Positions 6,887-16,124 are shown, counted from the first letter of the stretch. The stretch is DNA of 34,052 bases from Spirochaetales bacterium (GCA_030642995.1 DAOWMR010000001.1:1-34052); one strand, 5' to 3'. Notes: a model not told the origin generated them from the letters alone. Numbers and translations are program-made.

Positions 6887-8230
6887 ATGATGAAAGTACT
6901 GAAGTTTGGAGGATCCAGCGTCAGAGATCCTCAGATGATTCTCCGCGTAATTGATATTGCACGGGCATGTCTCAATGAAGCCCCCGTTCTCGTGGCATCG
7001 GCAATGGGCAAGACCACCGACGCACTCCAGGACGCCGCAGAAGCAGCGGAGACCGGCGAACGGGATCGGGCTGAACAGCTCATTGACCGAATAGACTCGG
7101 ACCACGTTTGCACGGCGAAGGCGCTGTGCACCGGCACTGAACGAGTGCCCCTCATGACGGCCATAGCCGCGCTGACCGCCGAACTTCGGAGTCTGATCCA
7201 TGGCATAACGCTCATCCGGGAGTGCAGCCCGCGAAGTAAGGATGCCGTTCTGTCATTCGGTGAGCGGCTCTCCACGACCATTGTTGCTTCGGCCGCACGG
7301 GAGCGCGGGCTGGACACGACCCTCGTAGACGCACGCACGCTGATACGTACAGATGCGTCGTTTGCCGCCGCCACACCGGACATGACCGCGACCGCCGAAC
7401 TTGTCTCGGTTGGACTTGATCCGCAACCTGGGTCGCTCATCGTGACTCAGGGCTTCATCGCATCAACCGCCGATGGTGTGACAACGACTCTGGGGCGCGG
7501 CGGGTCCGATTTCACCGCGACGATCCTGGGCGCCGCGCTTGGGGCAAAGGCGGTGGAGATCTGGACCGACGTGGACGGCATTATGACGGCAGACCCGCGG
7601 GTCATTGACGGAGCAAGAACCATCCCGGCCATTTCATATGACGAGGCCGCCGAGCTGGCCTATTTCGGTGCCAAGGTTGTGCACCCCTATACGATTCTTC
7701 CGGCGGTGCGACGAGAGATCCCTGTCTGGGTGAAGAACACGTCGCGCCCGGAGAGCCCCGGCACACGGATCACCGGCCGGTCGGATAGCGCAGGTATTCG
7801 TGCAGTGGCGTCGAAGAGCGGGATCACCCTCGTCACAATCCGGTCGTCGCGCATGCTCAACGCCTATGGATTCCTTCAGGCTCTCTTCGCCATCTTTGAC
7901 CGCCACAAGGTATCGGTTGATCTCGTCGCGACATCCGAAGTGTCGGTTTCAATGACCGTAGATCAGAGTACGGAACTCGGTCCGCTGGAACGCGAACTTC
8001 AGGAATTGGGACGCGTTGAGATTGAAAGCGGGAAGAGCATCGTCTGTCTGGTGGGTCGAGATCTGTTTCAACGTTCCGGTTTCGTCTCGGAAGTGTTCGC
8101 CGCAGTAGATCCGGCTCACGTCCGACTCATCTCCCTGGGATCATCGGAAATCAATCTGTCGCTGGTCGTGGATGAAGCAGAAACGGAGGGCGTGCTCCGG
8201 CGACTCCATGAGAAGCTACTCGCTCCGTGA
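6887..8230 (+). CDS. lysC: aspartate kinase (monofunctional, with C-terminal ACT domains)
   Basis: The N-terminus is MKVLKFGGSSV. Further motifs are GRGGSDFTATILGAAL, WTDVDGIMTADPR and YDEAAELAYFGAKVVHP. Confidence 0.95.
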   Translation: MMKVLKFGGSSVRDPQMILRVIDIARACLNEAPVLVASAMGKTTDALQDAAEAAETGERDRAEQLIDRIDSDHVCTAKALCTGTERVPLMTAIAALTAELRSLIHGITLIRECSPRSKDAVLSFGERLSTTIVASAARERGLDTTLVDARTLIRTDASFAAATPDMTATAELVSVGLDPQPGSLIVTQGFIASTADGVTTTLGRGGSDFTATILGAALGAKAVEIWTDVDGIMTADPRVIDGARTIPAISYDEAAELAYFGAKVVHPYTILPAVRREIPVWVKNTSRPESPGTRITGRSDSAGIRAVASKSGITLVTIRSSRMLNAYGFLQALFAIFDRHKVSVDLVATSEVSVSMTVDQSTELGPLERELQELGRVEIESGKSIVCLVGRDLFQRSGFVSEVFAAVDPAHVRLISLGSSEINLSLVVDEAETEGVLRRLHEKLLAP

Positions 8231-8297
8231 GGGCATCGAGCCGGCCACGCTTTTCATCTCCGTCCACTTCCTCTACAATATCAAGGAGAGGGATGTA

Positions 8298-8729
8298 GTG
8301 GACATCTTTGACCGTCTCGGCAATCTGATTCGGACAATTCTTGATGACATTCCTGCCGGTGACGATGGCGGCGGTTCACTCCGCAACGGGTCACCGTATC
8401 GCCATGATCCGGACTTGCGCGAAGCATGGGAAGAACTTGAGAACTACATGAGCAAGGAGGAGACGGCGACCAAACTCGGGTCCAGTGCATCTTTCGCGTC
8501 GGAGTTGGCGGGAGTTCCGGAATCGCTACGAAGAGATTTCGTGAACCTCGAGGTGCCGTTCGGCGCCCCTCTCACTGATGTGCGATACTCGTACAGAAAA
8601 CTGATGACGGCGTTTCACCCTGATCGTCACTCTGCGGACCCGGATCGATTCAGGACGGCGACTGAAGTGACCAAGAAACTCAATCAGAGTTTCGATCGGA
8701 TACAATCCCACTACGAGGCCGCGGGGTAG
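8298..8729 (+). CDS. J-domain (DnaJ-like) protein with the J domain at the C-terminus
   Basis: YRKLMTAFHPDRHSADP carries the HPD tripeptide. I moved the start to the in-frame GTG at 8298, which is preceded by AAGGAGAGG. The ORF-track ATG at 8172 would overlap the lysC 3' end by 59 nt. Confidence 0.7.
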   Translation: MDIFDRLGNLIRTILDDIPAGDDGGGSLRNGSPYRHDPDLREAWEELENYMSKEETATKLGSSASFASELAGVPESLRRDFVNLEVPFGAPLTDVRYSYRKLMTAFHPDRHSADPDRFRTATEVTKKLNQSFDRIQSHYEAAG

Positions 8730-8759
8730 TGACCCCGTAGATTTGTCGAACGGAGCGGC

Positions 8760-9863
8760 ATGACACTCACGTTGCGAATATTGCTTACCATGCTCGCCGG
8801 CTTCGTCGTCACGGTTGGGGTGACGCCACTCGTCATCCACCTTGCCCATCGAAACCAATGGTACGACGAACTAAACCACCGCAAAATTCACACCGAAGCC
8901 ATACCCCGCCTCGGAGGTTTCGGCATCTTCCTGGGCTTGATAATCTCGGCGGTTGTCGCATTCATCGTGAGCACCGGACAGCCGGGGTTACCGGCCGGGC
9001 TTTCCCCGGACGTGACCGGAGTTACCGGCTTCTGGTTGCTGGCGGTGTACTTCAGTCCGGTGATCGGTGGAATGATCATCATCCACCTTGTCGGACTTAT
9101 CGACGACTTCCGCAACCTTCGGGCATTGCTCAAGTTGGTGATCCAGATTGTCGCAGCGATTGTTGTGACCCTTGGCCCATTCCGAATAGAACGGATTACG
9201 GTGCCTTTCATCTGGTACAACGTGGAACTGGGCCTGCTGAGCTACCCGGTGACCGTTGTGTGGATCGTCGCGGTGTCGAACGCCGTGAATTTCATTGACG
9301 GTATAGATGGCCTGGCGGGTGGATCGTCCGCCATTACCGTCCTCTTCTTCGCGGTCATCGCCCTTCTGGTTGGCCAGGGTGCCACCGCACTCCTGGCAAT
9401 CGGGGTCTTCGGCAGTCTCGTCGCATTCCTGATGTTCAACGGACCTCCCGCCCGGATCTTCATGGGGGACTCGGGAAGCTATGTCCTGGGCTTCATTCTC
9501 AGCGTCTTTCCGCTCATTCTGGCCGACGGAACCGGAAACAGCCTGGACATGATTCCAGCAGTCACTCTGCTTGCCGTCCCTATTCTTGACATGACCTCTT
9601 CCGTGCTCCGACGCATGCGGCGAGGCAAGCATCCTTTCAGCGCAGATCGCGAGCACATCCACCATCGGCTTATGGACCGCGGATTTGGAACCTGGAGAAT
9701 TCTGGCGGTGATTTACGGCACCTGTATCCTGCTTGGCGTGGTTGCGGTTTCCTGGTACCTGCTTCCGAAAAACCTGGACATGGCAATTGTTCTCGCCGTC
9801 TGGTCGGCGTGCGTCATCTTCGTGCTCTGGTTGTCGTGGTCCAGTCGGCAACGGACCGCATGA
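8760..9863 (+). CDS. glycosyltransferase family 4 polyprenyl-phosphate sugar-1-phosphate transferase (WecA/MraY family)
   Basis: This is a multi-pass membrane protein with the motifs IDDFRNL, NAVNFIDGIDGLAGG and FMGDSGS. Confidence 0.85.
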   Translation: MTLTLRILLTMLAGFVVTVGVTPLVIHLAHRNQWYDELNHRKIHTEAIPRLGGFGIFLGLIISAVVAFIVSTGQPGLPAGLSPDVTGVTGFWLLAVYFSPVIGGMIIIHLVGLIDDFRNLRALLKLVIQIVAAIVVTLGPFRIERITVPFIWYNVELGLLSYPVTVVWIVAVSNAVNFIDGIDGLAGGSSAITVLFFAVIALLVGQGATALLAIGVFGSLVAFLMFNGPPARIFMGDSGSYVLGFILSVFPLILADGTGNSLDMIPAVTLLAVPILDMTSSVLRRMRRGKHPFSADREHIHHRLMDRGFGTWRILAVIYGTCILLGVVAVSWYLLPKNLDMAIVLAVWSACVIFVLWLSWSSRQRTA

Positions 9864-9882
9864 CGACCCTCACGGCGCGGCG

Positions 9883-11235
9883 CTACCTGTCCTCCAGCTG
9901 ATATTCGGCAATCTTCCGATGCAAGGTCTTCCTTCCAATTCCCAGGATCTCGGCGGTTCGGCTCTTGTTGCCGTTCTGAGCGGCAAGATTCGCTCGAATG
10001 ATCTCCTTCTCGGCTTCCTCCATCGTCGCTCCCAGCTGGATGCGGACGTGGTTGCTCTCCGAATCGGTGATAATGGAGGGTGGAAGATCGTCACTGGTGA
10101 TCACATTGCCCTTGCTCATCACGACGGCGCTCTCCAGACAATTTCGGAGTTCCCGGACGTTCCCGGGCCAGCTGTAGTTGTACAACAATGACCGGGCTTT
10201 CGGATCAATCCCCTCCACCTGCTTCTCGTTCTCCTGGGCAAACTCTTTGACGAACGCCGCGGCGAGGAGCGGGATGTCCTCCTTGCGATCGCGAAGCGGC
10301 GGGATGTGAATATTCACGACATTGAGTCGATAGTAGAGATCCTCTCGGAAGGTCCCCTTCTCTATCTCCGCCCTGAGATCCTTGTTGGTGGCCGAGATGA
10401 CTCGAACATCAACCTCAAGGGTCTCCTCCCCCCCTACCCGCTCGAATTCCTTCTCCTGCAGAACCCGCAGAATTTTGATCTGAACGCTTGGATTGATCTC
10501 CCCAATCTCGTCCAGAAAGAGTGTTCCCGTGTGAGCAAGCTCAAAACGCCCGCGCTTTCGCCCCACCGCCCCGGTGAACGAACCTTTCTCGTGCCCAAAC
10601 AACTCGCTCTCGAGCAGACTCTCGGACAGCGCCGCGCAATGGACCTTGATGAACGGCTTCTGCTTTCGATTGGAGAGGTTGTGCAGTGCATCCGCAATGA
10701 GTTCCTTTCCGACACCGCTGTCACCCGTGACCAGAACCGAGGCTCGTGTCGGCGCAACTTGACCGACCACTTCAAAGATCCGCTTCATCTCAGCACTCTT
10801 TCCAACAATACTGGCAAACTCCCGGCGTTGGTCCAATTCCTCCTGCAGCGCACGATGCTGCAGTACAAGCTCCCGGGTTGAGAGCGCTCGTTTGACCAAT
10901 AGACTCAATCGATCCAGATTGACCGGCTTGGTCAGAAAATCGTATGCGCCATCGCGCATTGCCTGCACAGCACTCTCTATGGTGCCGTGGCCGGTGAGAA
11001 TGATCACCGGAAGGGTTGGATACTCCTGGACGATCCGCCGGAGGAGTTCTTCTCCCGATATTCGAGGCATCTTGAGATCGGCGATGATCAAATCGATTTC
11101 GTCCGACTCGACGATTTCCAGCGCGCGCCGGCCGTCCTCCGCCAGGAGTACGTTGTGGCCATCCATCTCAATTGCTTTCCCGAGGCCCGCACGGATGTTC
11201 TTCTCGTCGTCAACGATCAGGACGTTAAACTTCAT
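9883..11235 (-). CDS. sigma-54-dependent response regulator (NtrC/Rrp2-like: REC, AAA+, Fis-type HTH)
   Basis: The REC domain has VDDE and IIADLKMP. Walker A is GDSGVGKE. The sigma-54 contact loop is GSFTGA (a GAFTGA variant). An R-finger region is present, and the C-terminal HTH is RTAEILGIGRKTLHRKI. A GGGAGGAAG SD is present. Confidence 0.9.
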   Translation of the reverse strand: MKFNVLIVDDEKNIRAGLGKAIEMDGHNVLLAEDGRRALEIVESDEIDLIIADLKMPRISGEELLRRIVQEYPTLPVIILTGHGTIESAVQAMRDGAYDFLTKPVNLDRLSLLVKRALSTRELVLQHRALQEELDQRREFASIVGKSAEMKRIFEVVGQVAPTRASVLVTGDSGVGKELIADALHNLSNRKQKPFIKVHCAALSESLLESELFGHEKGSFTGAVGRKRGRFELAHTGTLFLDEIGEINPSVQIKILRVLQEKEFERVGGEETLEVDVRVISATNKDLRAEIEKGTFREDLYYRLNVVNIHIPPLRDRKEDIPLLAAAFVKEFAQENEKQVEGIDPKARSLLYNYSWPGNVRELRNCLESAVVMSKGNVITSDDLPPSIITDSESNHVRIQLGATMEEAEKEIIRANLAAQNGNKSRTAEILGIGRKTLHRKIAEYQLEDR

Positions 11236-12400
11236 TGCTTCCTCCCTCGTAGTTCAGGAGGTGCTGCTCGCGCTGTGGTACCGGGAAGCTGATGGAGAAC
11301 GACGACCCCTTCCCCTCCTGGCTTACCACCGAGATATCACCCATGTGCTCCTTTGCGACCTTGTACACCATGGTCAAGCCAATCCCCGAACCGAAGTCCT
11401 TTGTCGTGAAGTATGGCTCGAAAATTTTGTTGAGAACCTCGTCACTCATACCCAAGCCGGTATCCGTGATCTTGAGAACCACAACGTCGCCCTGCTGACG
11501 GGAGGACGCGGTGAGGGTTCCGCCGGCAGGCATGGCGGAGATTGCGTTCTTCACGATATTCAACAGAGCCTGTTTGAGGTATTTTTCATCTATCTCAAGG
11601 GTCGGAAGATCCTCCGCGAGCTCTTCCTGGATCTCAATGTTTGCCTCTTCGAGTTCAAAACGTACAAACTCGAGCAGGTCGTGAACAATGCCATTCAGAT
11701 CCCGATCCTCAAGCTTGGTGTCCATCGGGCGGACGGCGAACAGGAAGTCAACCACGATCCGATTCAGGCGCTCCACCTCTTCGTTAACCACGTCGACGTA
11801 TCCTCCAATCTGGTCGACCTCTTCGGCGTCAATCCGCGAGAGCGCTTTCTGGATCAGCTGCATGTGTATCCCGATTGAGCCGAGTGGATTCTTGATTTCA
11901 TGCGCCACGCCCGCGGCCAGTGTCGTGAGGCTCGCAAGGCTCTCGGCCCGACGAAGTCGAGCTTCACGACCCCGTCGCTCGGAAACATCTTCTACGTGAA
12001 TAATCGTCCCCTGGATCTGCCCGTTGCGAACCAGGGGTGTTATTGTAAATGCCAACAACCGGGTCATACCGCCCCGGTCGAGCGCAAATTCCCGATCCCG
12101 GATTGATTCCTGTGTCTCCAGGGTCTGCTCAACGAAACGGGAGATCTCGTTATCGGTAATAGATTCCCAGATGGGTCGGTCGTACCCTTCCGTGCCCGTG
12201 AAAGGAACCAGCCTCTCTGCCGCCTTGTTGAACACGATCAGATTGTTCTCAACGTCGGCCACCATGATCCCGTCGCTCAGCGAGTCCAGGACTCCGTTGA
12301 GACGCTCGTGTTCGAAAGCGAGATCGTACATCAATGCATGGATCTGATCGGCGTCCAGCTTACTCAGCTTGGCAAGTGCGCGTTCAATAAACTTTCTCAT
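11225..12400 (-). CDS. cytoplasmic PAS-domain sensor histidine kinase (NtrB/Hk2-like)
   Basis: The H-box is AHEIKNPL, with an N box and G boxes DTGLGM and GSGIGL. No TM segments are seen. The gene overlaps the downstream regulator gene by 11 nt. Confidence 0.85.
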   Translation of the reverse strand: MRKFIERALAKLSKLDADQIHALMYDLAFEHERLNGVLDSLSDGIMVADVENNLIVFNKAAERLVPFTGTEGYDRPIWESITDNEISRFVEQTLETQESIRDREFALDRGGMTRLLAFTITPLVRNGQIQGTIIHVEDVSERRGREARLRRAESLASLTTLAAGVAHEIKNPLGSIGIHMQLIQKALSRIDAEEVDQIGGYVDVVNEEVERLNRIVVDFLFAVRPMDTKLEDRDLNGIVHDLLEFVRFELEEANIEIQEELAEDLPTLEIDEKYLKQALLNIVKNAISAMPAGGTLTASSRQQGDVVVLKITDTGLGMSDEVLNKIFEPYFTTKDFGSGIGLTMVYKVAKEHMGDISVVSQEGKGSSFSISFPVPQREQHLLNYEGGSNEV

Positions 12401-12409
12401 GGTTCTAAA

Positions 12410-13612
12410 TCATCTCTCCCGCATCCCGTAGAATAACCCTTCCAAGGTCATGGTCGCAGATGTGTTGTAGCTCTCAAACCGCGTAAGTGCGTTCCCGAGA
12501 AGGACTCTCCAACGGGCCAGAGTCCTGACTGGGACAGCCGTGTCTCCGGCCGCAGTTGCCCGGAGCAGGGCTTCCATGAGAAGCGACACCTCTTCCACAA
12601 AGTAACGGAATCCCTCCGCACCGCCCAGGTTGCTGATGGTTCGGGTTATCTCATCCAGAAGCCCCAATTCAATCGTGGAACCAGCTACGACATTCTCAAC
12701 ATATCGTTCGGCAAGGGCTCGCAGACCCTGCCCGTCCTTGCTGACAAAATAGTCCCGTATGCTCGCCTTGCCGGCTCGATCATCCCTGAAGATCCGGCAG
12801 ATCACTGCGGCGCTCTGTTCACGATCCCGGGTCAGGAAACCGTAGGATCGGGATCGGGAACGTATGGTCGCGATCACCGCCCCGAGGCGTTGCGTCGTCA
12901 GCACGAAATAGACGTTGGCCGGCGGTTCCTCGAGGGTCTTGAGCAGGGCGTTACGAGCCGAATCCTGCAACCGATCCACATTTTCGATGATCGCAATCTT
13001 TGCCCGTCCGGATGGAGAGAGATGCGCCCACGCAGACAGGCGGCGTACCATGTTGACCGGCACGGCGTCCAAGGCCACGGCTGATCCAATCCGTTCGCAC
13101 GTTTGAACGACCCCGTCAATACCCTCAACCAACCGGTCTTCCGACGGAAGATCTCCACCAGGCAGGAATGGATCCAGCTTTTCATCCAGTTCGGAGAGCA
13201 GCGGTTCCACCTTGCTCAGGCGTTTCTCCTCCCCTTCCCACAGCACCGGATCAAACCGTCGCGCGAGCTTTCGTATGGTCCGTTCGAAGAGATATCTCAG
13301 CGGCTCTCGTTGATCCCGTTTGAGTGCATCGGCCGCGATGGCTATCTCACGGTTGAAATAGCGGCCTCCGAGCATCAATGTGTCGGGGTGGAGCAGGTGC
13401 CGTTGCTGCTCGCACGATCGGCATCCGCAGTTCCAGAGCACTGTCCGATCCTCGCCCGTACAGGTAAGTGCTCGCGCCAGTTCAAGCGCCGTCGACGATT
13501 TCCCGGCGTAGTCAGGACCGTGGAACATCAGGGTGGACGGTAGAATCCGTGCCGAAATCTCCGTGCGCAGACGTGAGACAACCGGCTCCTGTCCAATGAT
13601 GTTCTCAAACAT
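12410..13612 (-). CDS. holB: DNA polymerase III delta-prime-like clamp-loader subunit
   Basis: Motifs are MFENIIGQE..., HGPDYAGKSS, a Cys module CGCRSC, HPD, IIENVDRL, NALLKTLEEPP and IRSRS. I set the start to the ATG at 13612, which overlaps the cvpA stop as ATGTTTGA. The ORF-track start at 13708 lies inside cvpA. Confidence 0.75.
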   Translation of the reverse strand: MFENIIGQEPVVSRLRTEISARILPSTLMFHGPDYAGKSSTALELARALTCTGEDRTVLWNCGCRSCEQQRHLLHPDTLMLGGRYFNREIAIAADALKRDQREPLRYLFERTIRKLARRFDPVLWEGEEKRLSKVEPLLSELDEKLDPFLPGGDLPSEDRLVEGIDGVVQTCERIGSAVALDAVPVNMVRRLSAWAHLSPSGRAKIAIIENVDRLQDSARNALLKTLEEPPANVYFVLTTQRLGAVIATIRSRSRSYGFLTRDREQSAAVICRIFRDDRAGKASIRDYFVSKDGQGLRALAERYVENVVAGSTIELGLLDEITRTISNLGGAEGFRYFVEEVSLLMEALLRATAAGDTAVPVRTLARWRVLLGNALTRFESYNTSATMTLEGLFYGMRER

Positions 13613-14093
13613 CAAGCCGTCCGGTCCGGAAGAACTCTGCGGCAAACGGGAGGAACGGCACGAGAACCCGTCCAAACAGTGAACCTGCCATGAGGCTCTC
13701 CGGCTCAAAAAATGGTTGGATCTGAATCAGGAGAAGAACAACGAACACAACCGCCAGCCCTTCAACAATGCCGAGGAAGAGACCGAGCGCGTGGTCAAGC
13801 TGGTCCATGCGAACACGTTCGATCAGTCGATTGAGAGCACTCTCAAAGATCTTCATGACGAGATACACGATGAGGAAAATCCCGAGAAAGGCGATTACCT
13901 GGGACCAGACGGACGGCCCAATCAAATCATCTATCAGTCCCGATGCAAGACCGGAGAAGAGGACCGCCGCAACGATCCCCAGTACCAACGCGGCCGTGCC
14001 TAACAATTCCTTTACGAATCCTCGGATAGCTGCACGAAGCGCCAGGATGACGACGATAATTGCAAATACAAAATCTATGGCGGCGAGCTCCAT
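13605..14093 (-). CDS. cvpA: CvpA-family membrane protein
   Basis: The 162 aa product has about 4 TM helices. Its N-terminus, IDFVFAIIVVILALRAAIRGFVKEL, is typical of CvpA. A GAGGGGAAGGA SD is present. Confidence 0.8.
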   Translation of the reverse strand: MELAAIDFVFAIIVVILALRAAIRGFVKELLGTAALVLGIVAAVLFSGLASGLIDDLIGPSVWSQVIAFLGIFLIVYLVMKIFESALNRLIERVRMDQLDHALGLFLGIVEGLAVVFVVLLLIQIQPFFEPESLMAGSLFGRVLVPFLPFAAEFFRTGRLDV

Positions 14094-14128
14094 TCCTTCC
14101 CCTCGTGTACCAGGCGTTCAACTGATGA

Positions 14129-15235
14129 TTACGGTGAATCCAGCAGCTCCTCTAAGATAGTGACAATTCGATCCGATGAGTCAATATGAATCAGTTGATG
14201 GGCATTCCGACCCAGTTCGGCCTGAAGTTGTCGGTCCGATCCGAGTTGTTCAAGCGCCGCAGCCACGTCTGCGGCCAGGGTCGGTTCGGATCGAAATACC
14301 CGCGCGGCACCTGCCTCTTCGAACACCTGAGCGTTGCGTTCCTGATCACCGCGTGATCCGGCGCCGAGCGGAATGAGCAACATGGGTTTTGCCAGGGCGG
14401 CAACCTCCCACAGGGTTCCGGCGCCTGAACGGCACACCACCACATCTGCGCACGTCAGGAGATGCGGCAGTTCATCCCCAAAGAACGCGTCACGGAAATA
14501 GCTTTCATCCGACAGAGGCAGGTTCAGGTCATCGCTGCGGCCACCTTTCTTGAGCAGGTCGCCTGTTTGATGGATGATCCGCCACGCTGGTTTCAGCGCC
14601 CCAGAAAGGGATATCACTAGTCGATTTATCTGCAGCGCACCCAGGCTACCGCCGAGGAACATCACCACGGGTCGCCGATCGGCGGGGCTGAATCCGGCAA
14701 TCCTCAACCCGATCTCGGTCCGCCCGGTCAGGATCTCCCGGCGAATCGGATTCCCGGTGACCACCACACGTGACTGAAGCTTCCCGGGGAATCGTCCGAC
14801 GGTGGCCGGATAGGGCACCAGTATCCTCCGGGCGAATCGTGCGATGATCCGGGTGGCAAGTCCGGGATCGGCGTCGGATTCGTGGGTAACGACCGGGACT
14901 CTCCGGACCCACGCGGCAATGACCGGCGGAACACTCGCGTAGCCGCCCTTGGAGAAGAGGAGCTTGGGGCGTACGGTGCGAATGAGTGACAAGGATCGCA
15001 GAATTCCGGCCGCCACCACGAAGATGTCCGCGAGATTGCGAAATGAAAGGTATCTTCGCAGTTTCCCGGCGGGAATCCCGACGAAGGGTATTCCGAATCG
15101 CCGAACAATCTGTCGTTCAATGCCGCGAGTGGATCCGACCCACAGAAGGGTGACCGGCCGGCGTGAGGCGAGATTCTCCGCGACTGCAATGCCGGGGAAA
15201 ACGTGTCCACCGGTGCCGCCACCGGTGAGAAGAAT
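14129..15235 (-). CDS. murG: UDP-N-acetylglucosamine--N-acetylmuramyl-(pentapeptide)-pyrophosphoryl-undecaprenol GlcNAc transferase; start codon unresolved
   Basis: The frame is open up to 15274 and encodes LILLTGGGTGGHVFPGIAVAE..., which is the MurG G-loop. No in-frame ATG, GTG or TTG exists upstream of 15019. The best candidate start is ATT at 15235, with a GAGG SD 8 nt upstream. C-terminal motifs are CRSGAGTLWE and IPLG..S.GDQ..NA. Confidence 0.85.
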   Translation of the reverse strand: MLLTGGGTGGHVFPGIAVAENLASRRPVTLLWVGSTRGIERQIVRRFGIPFVGIPAGKLRRYLSFRNLADIFVVAAGILRSLSLIRTVRPKLLFSKGGYASVPPVIAAWVRRVPVVTHESDADPGLATRIIARFARRILVPYPATVGRFPGKLQSRVVVTGNPIRREILTGRTEIGLRIAGFSPADRRPVVMFLGGSLGALQINRLVISLSGALKPAWRIIHQTGDLLKKGGRSDDLNLPLSDESYFRDAFFGDELPHLLTCADVVVCRSGAGTLWEVAALAKPMLLIPLGAGSRGDQERNAQVFEEAGAARVFRSEPTLAADVAAALEQLGSDRQLQAELGRNAHQLIHIDSSDRIVTILEELLDSP

Positions 15236-15284
15236 GAGCGGAGCCTCTTGTTTTATTGCTGTTGATGCGATACATCAAACTACC

Positions 15285-16124
15285 ATGCGTCGGTTGCCCA
15301 AGGCAATTCTGGTTTTCCTGATAGTCGTCTCGGCTGGAACGGTGACATCACCCGTGTTCTCGCAGGATGCAGCGGCTGATGCTCGCTCCGGCCTGGAGGA
15401 CGCACTAACGACTCTCATTCCCGAGTTGACCGAAACCGAGCTCGAGATGTTGATCTCTGAAGGCGAGATCACAAACATGTACGAGGCGCCGGCTGTCCCT
15501 CGGCTGGTACCTGCATTCGCAGATGCGGTGGCTGCAGATCTGGCAGCACTCAATCCCAGTCTCGGAGTCGAACTCATCGTGCTCCATGGGAAACCCGGTG
15601 CGGCCTCATTTCCTCAGGAACGACTATTCACCGTCCTTCAATCCATCAGCACCATGACCGGTATCGAATACTACTCGGCGAGCCGGGGCTACATGAGGAC
15701 CCTGTTCTATGAGTCCTCCATCATCGACAATCCGGATGACCGCAATCGGCTTCCTGACCCGGTGTGGCAGGTCACTCCTGAACATGATCAGCTCTACATC
15801 TACCAGAGAGACTCAAGTTTCGGAAAGAACATCCTCCAGCTGGACTACCGGGCAGACGGAGACGCGATTCTCCTGACAATGCGCAATCTCACTCGAATGC
15901 TCTACCGGGGCATTGTTCCTGCCGTGGGCCCTGAGCAGTTGATTCTGCACATTGTCGTCATGCCGGTCGGTGACTACCTGCTCTTCTACGGCAGCAGCGG
16001 AGCAGACCCGGTCGGCCTCTTCGGAATGGAAGAACGCGCCGGAATGAGCTTCCATAACCGGATCGTCGCCCTTCGCGACTGGTTTCTCGACCAGCTCGAG
16101 ATGCAACCCATCGGAGCCCGATAG
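15285..16124 (+). CDS. secreted hypothetical protein (signal peptide)
   Basis: The ATG at 15285 gives MRRLPKAILVFLIVVSAGTVTSPVFSQ, a classic n-h-c signal peptide. The 112-codon upstream extension in the ORF track is antisense to murG. I recognise no domain. Confidence 0.6.
   Translation: MRRLPKAILVFLIVVSAGTVTSPVFSQDAAADARSGLEDALTTLIPELTETELEMLISEGEITNMYEAPAVPRLVPAFADAVAADLAALNPSLGVELIVLHGKPGAASFPQERLFTVLQSISTMTGIEYYSASRGYMRTLFYESSIIDNPDDRNRLPDPVWQVTPEHDQLYIYQRDSSFGKNILQLDYRADGDAILLTMRNLTRMLYRGIVPAVGPEQLILHIVVMPVGDYLLFYGSSGADPVGLFGMEERAGMSFHNRIVALRDWFLDQLEMQPIGAR

Noticed and set aside
8172-8297. The upstream ATG for the J-domain protein, overlapping lysC by 59 nt.
   Set aside because: The in-frame GTG at 8298 has a strong AAGGAGAGG SD and removes the overlap. 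The upstream part looks non-coding or read-through.
10892-11878. A 328 aa + strand ORF spans the kinase/activator junction.
   Set aside because: It is antisense to two well-supported genes, has a low-complexity Ser/Arg-rich translation and no motifs. It is a frame artefact.
14949-15284. A 112-codon N-terminal extension of the secreted hypothetical protein (ORF-track start at 14949).
   Set aside because: The extension is antisense to the murG 5' region and is Arg-rich. A textbook signal peptide begins at the internal ATG at 15285.
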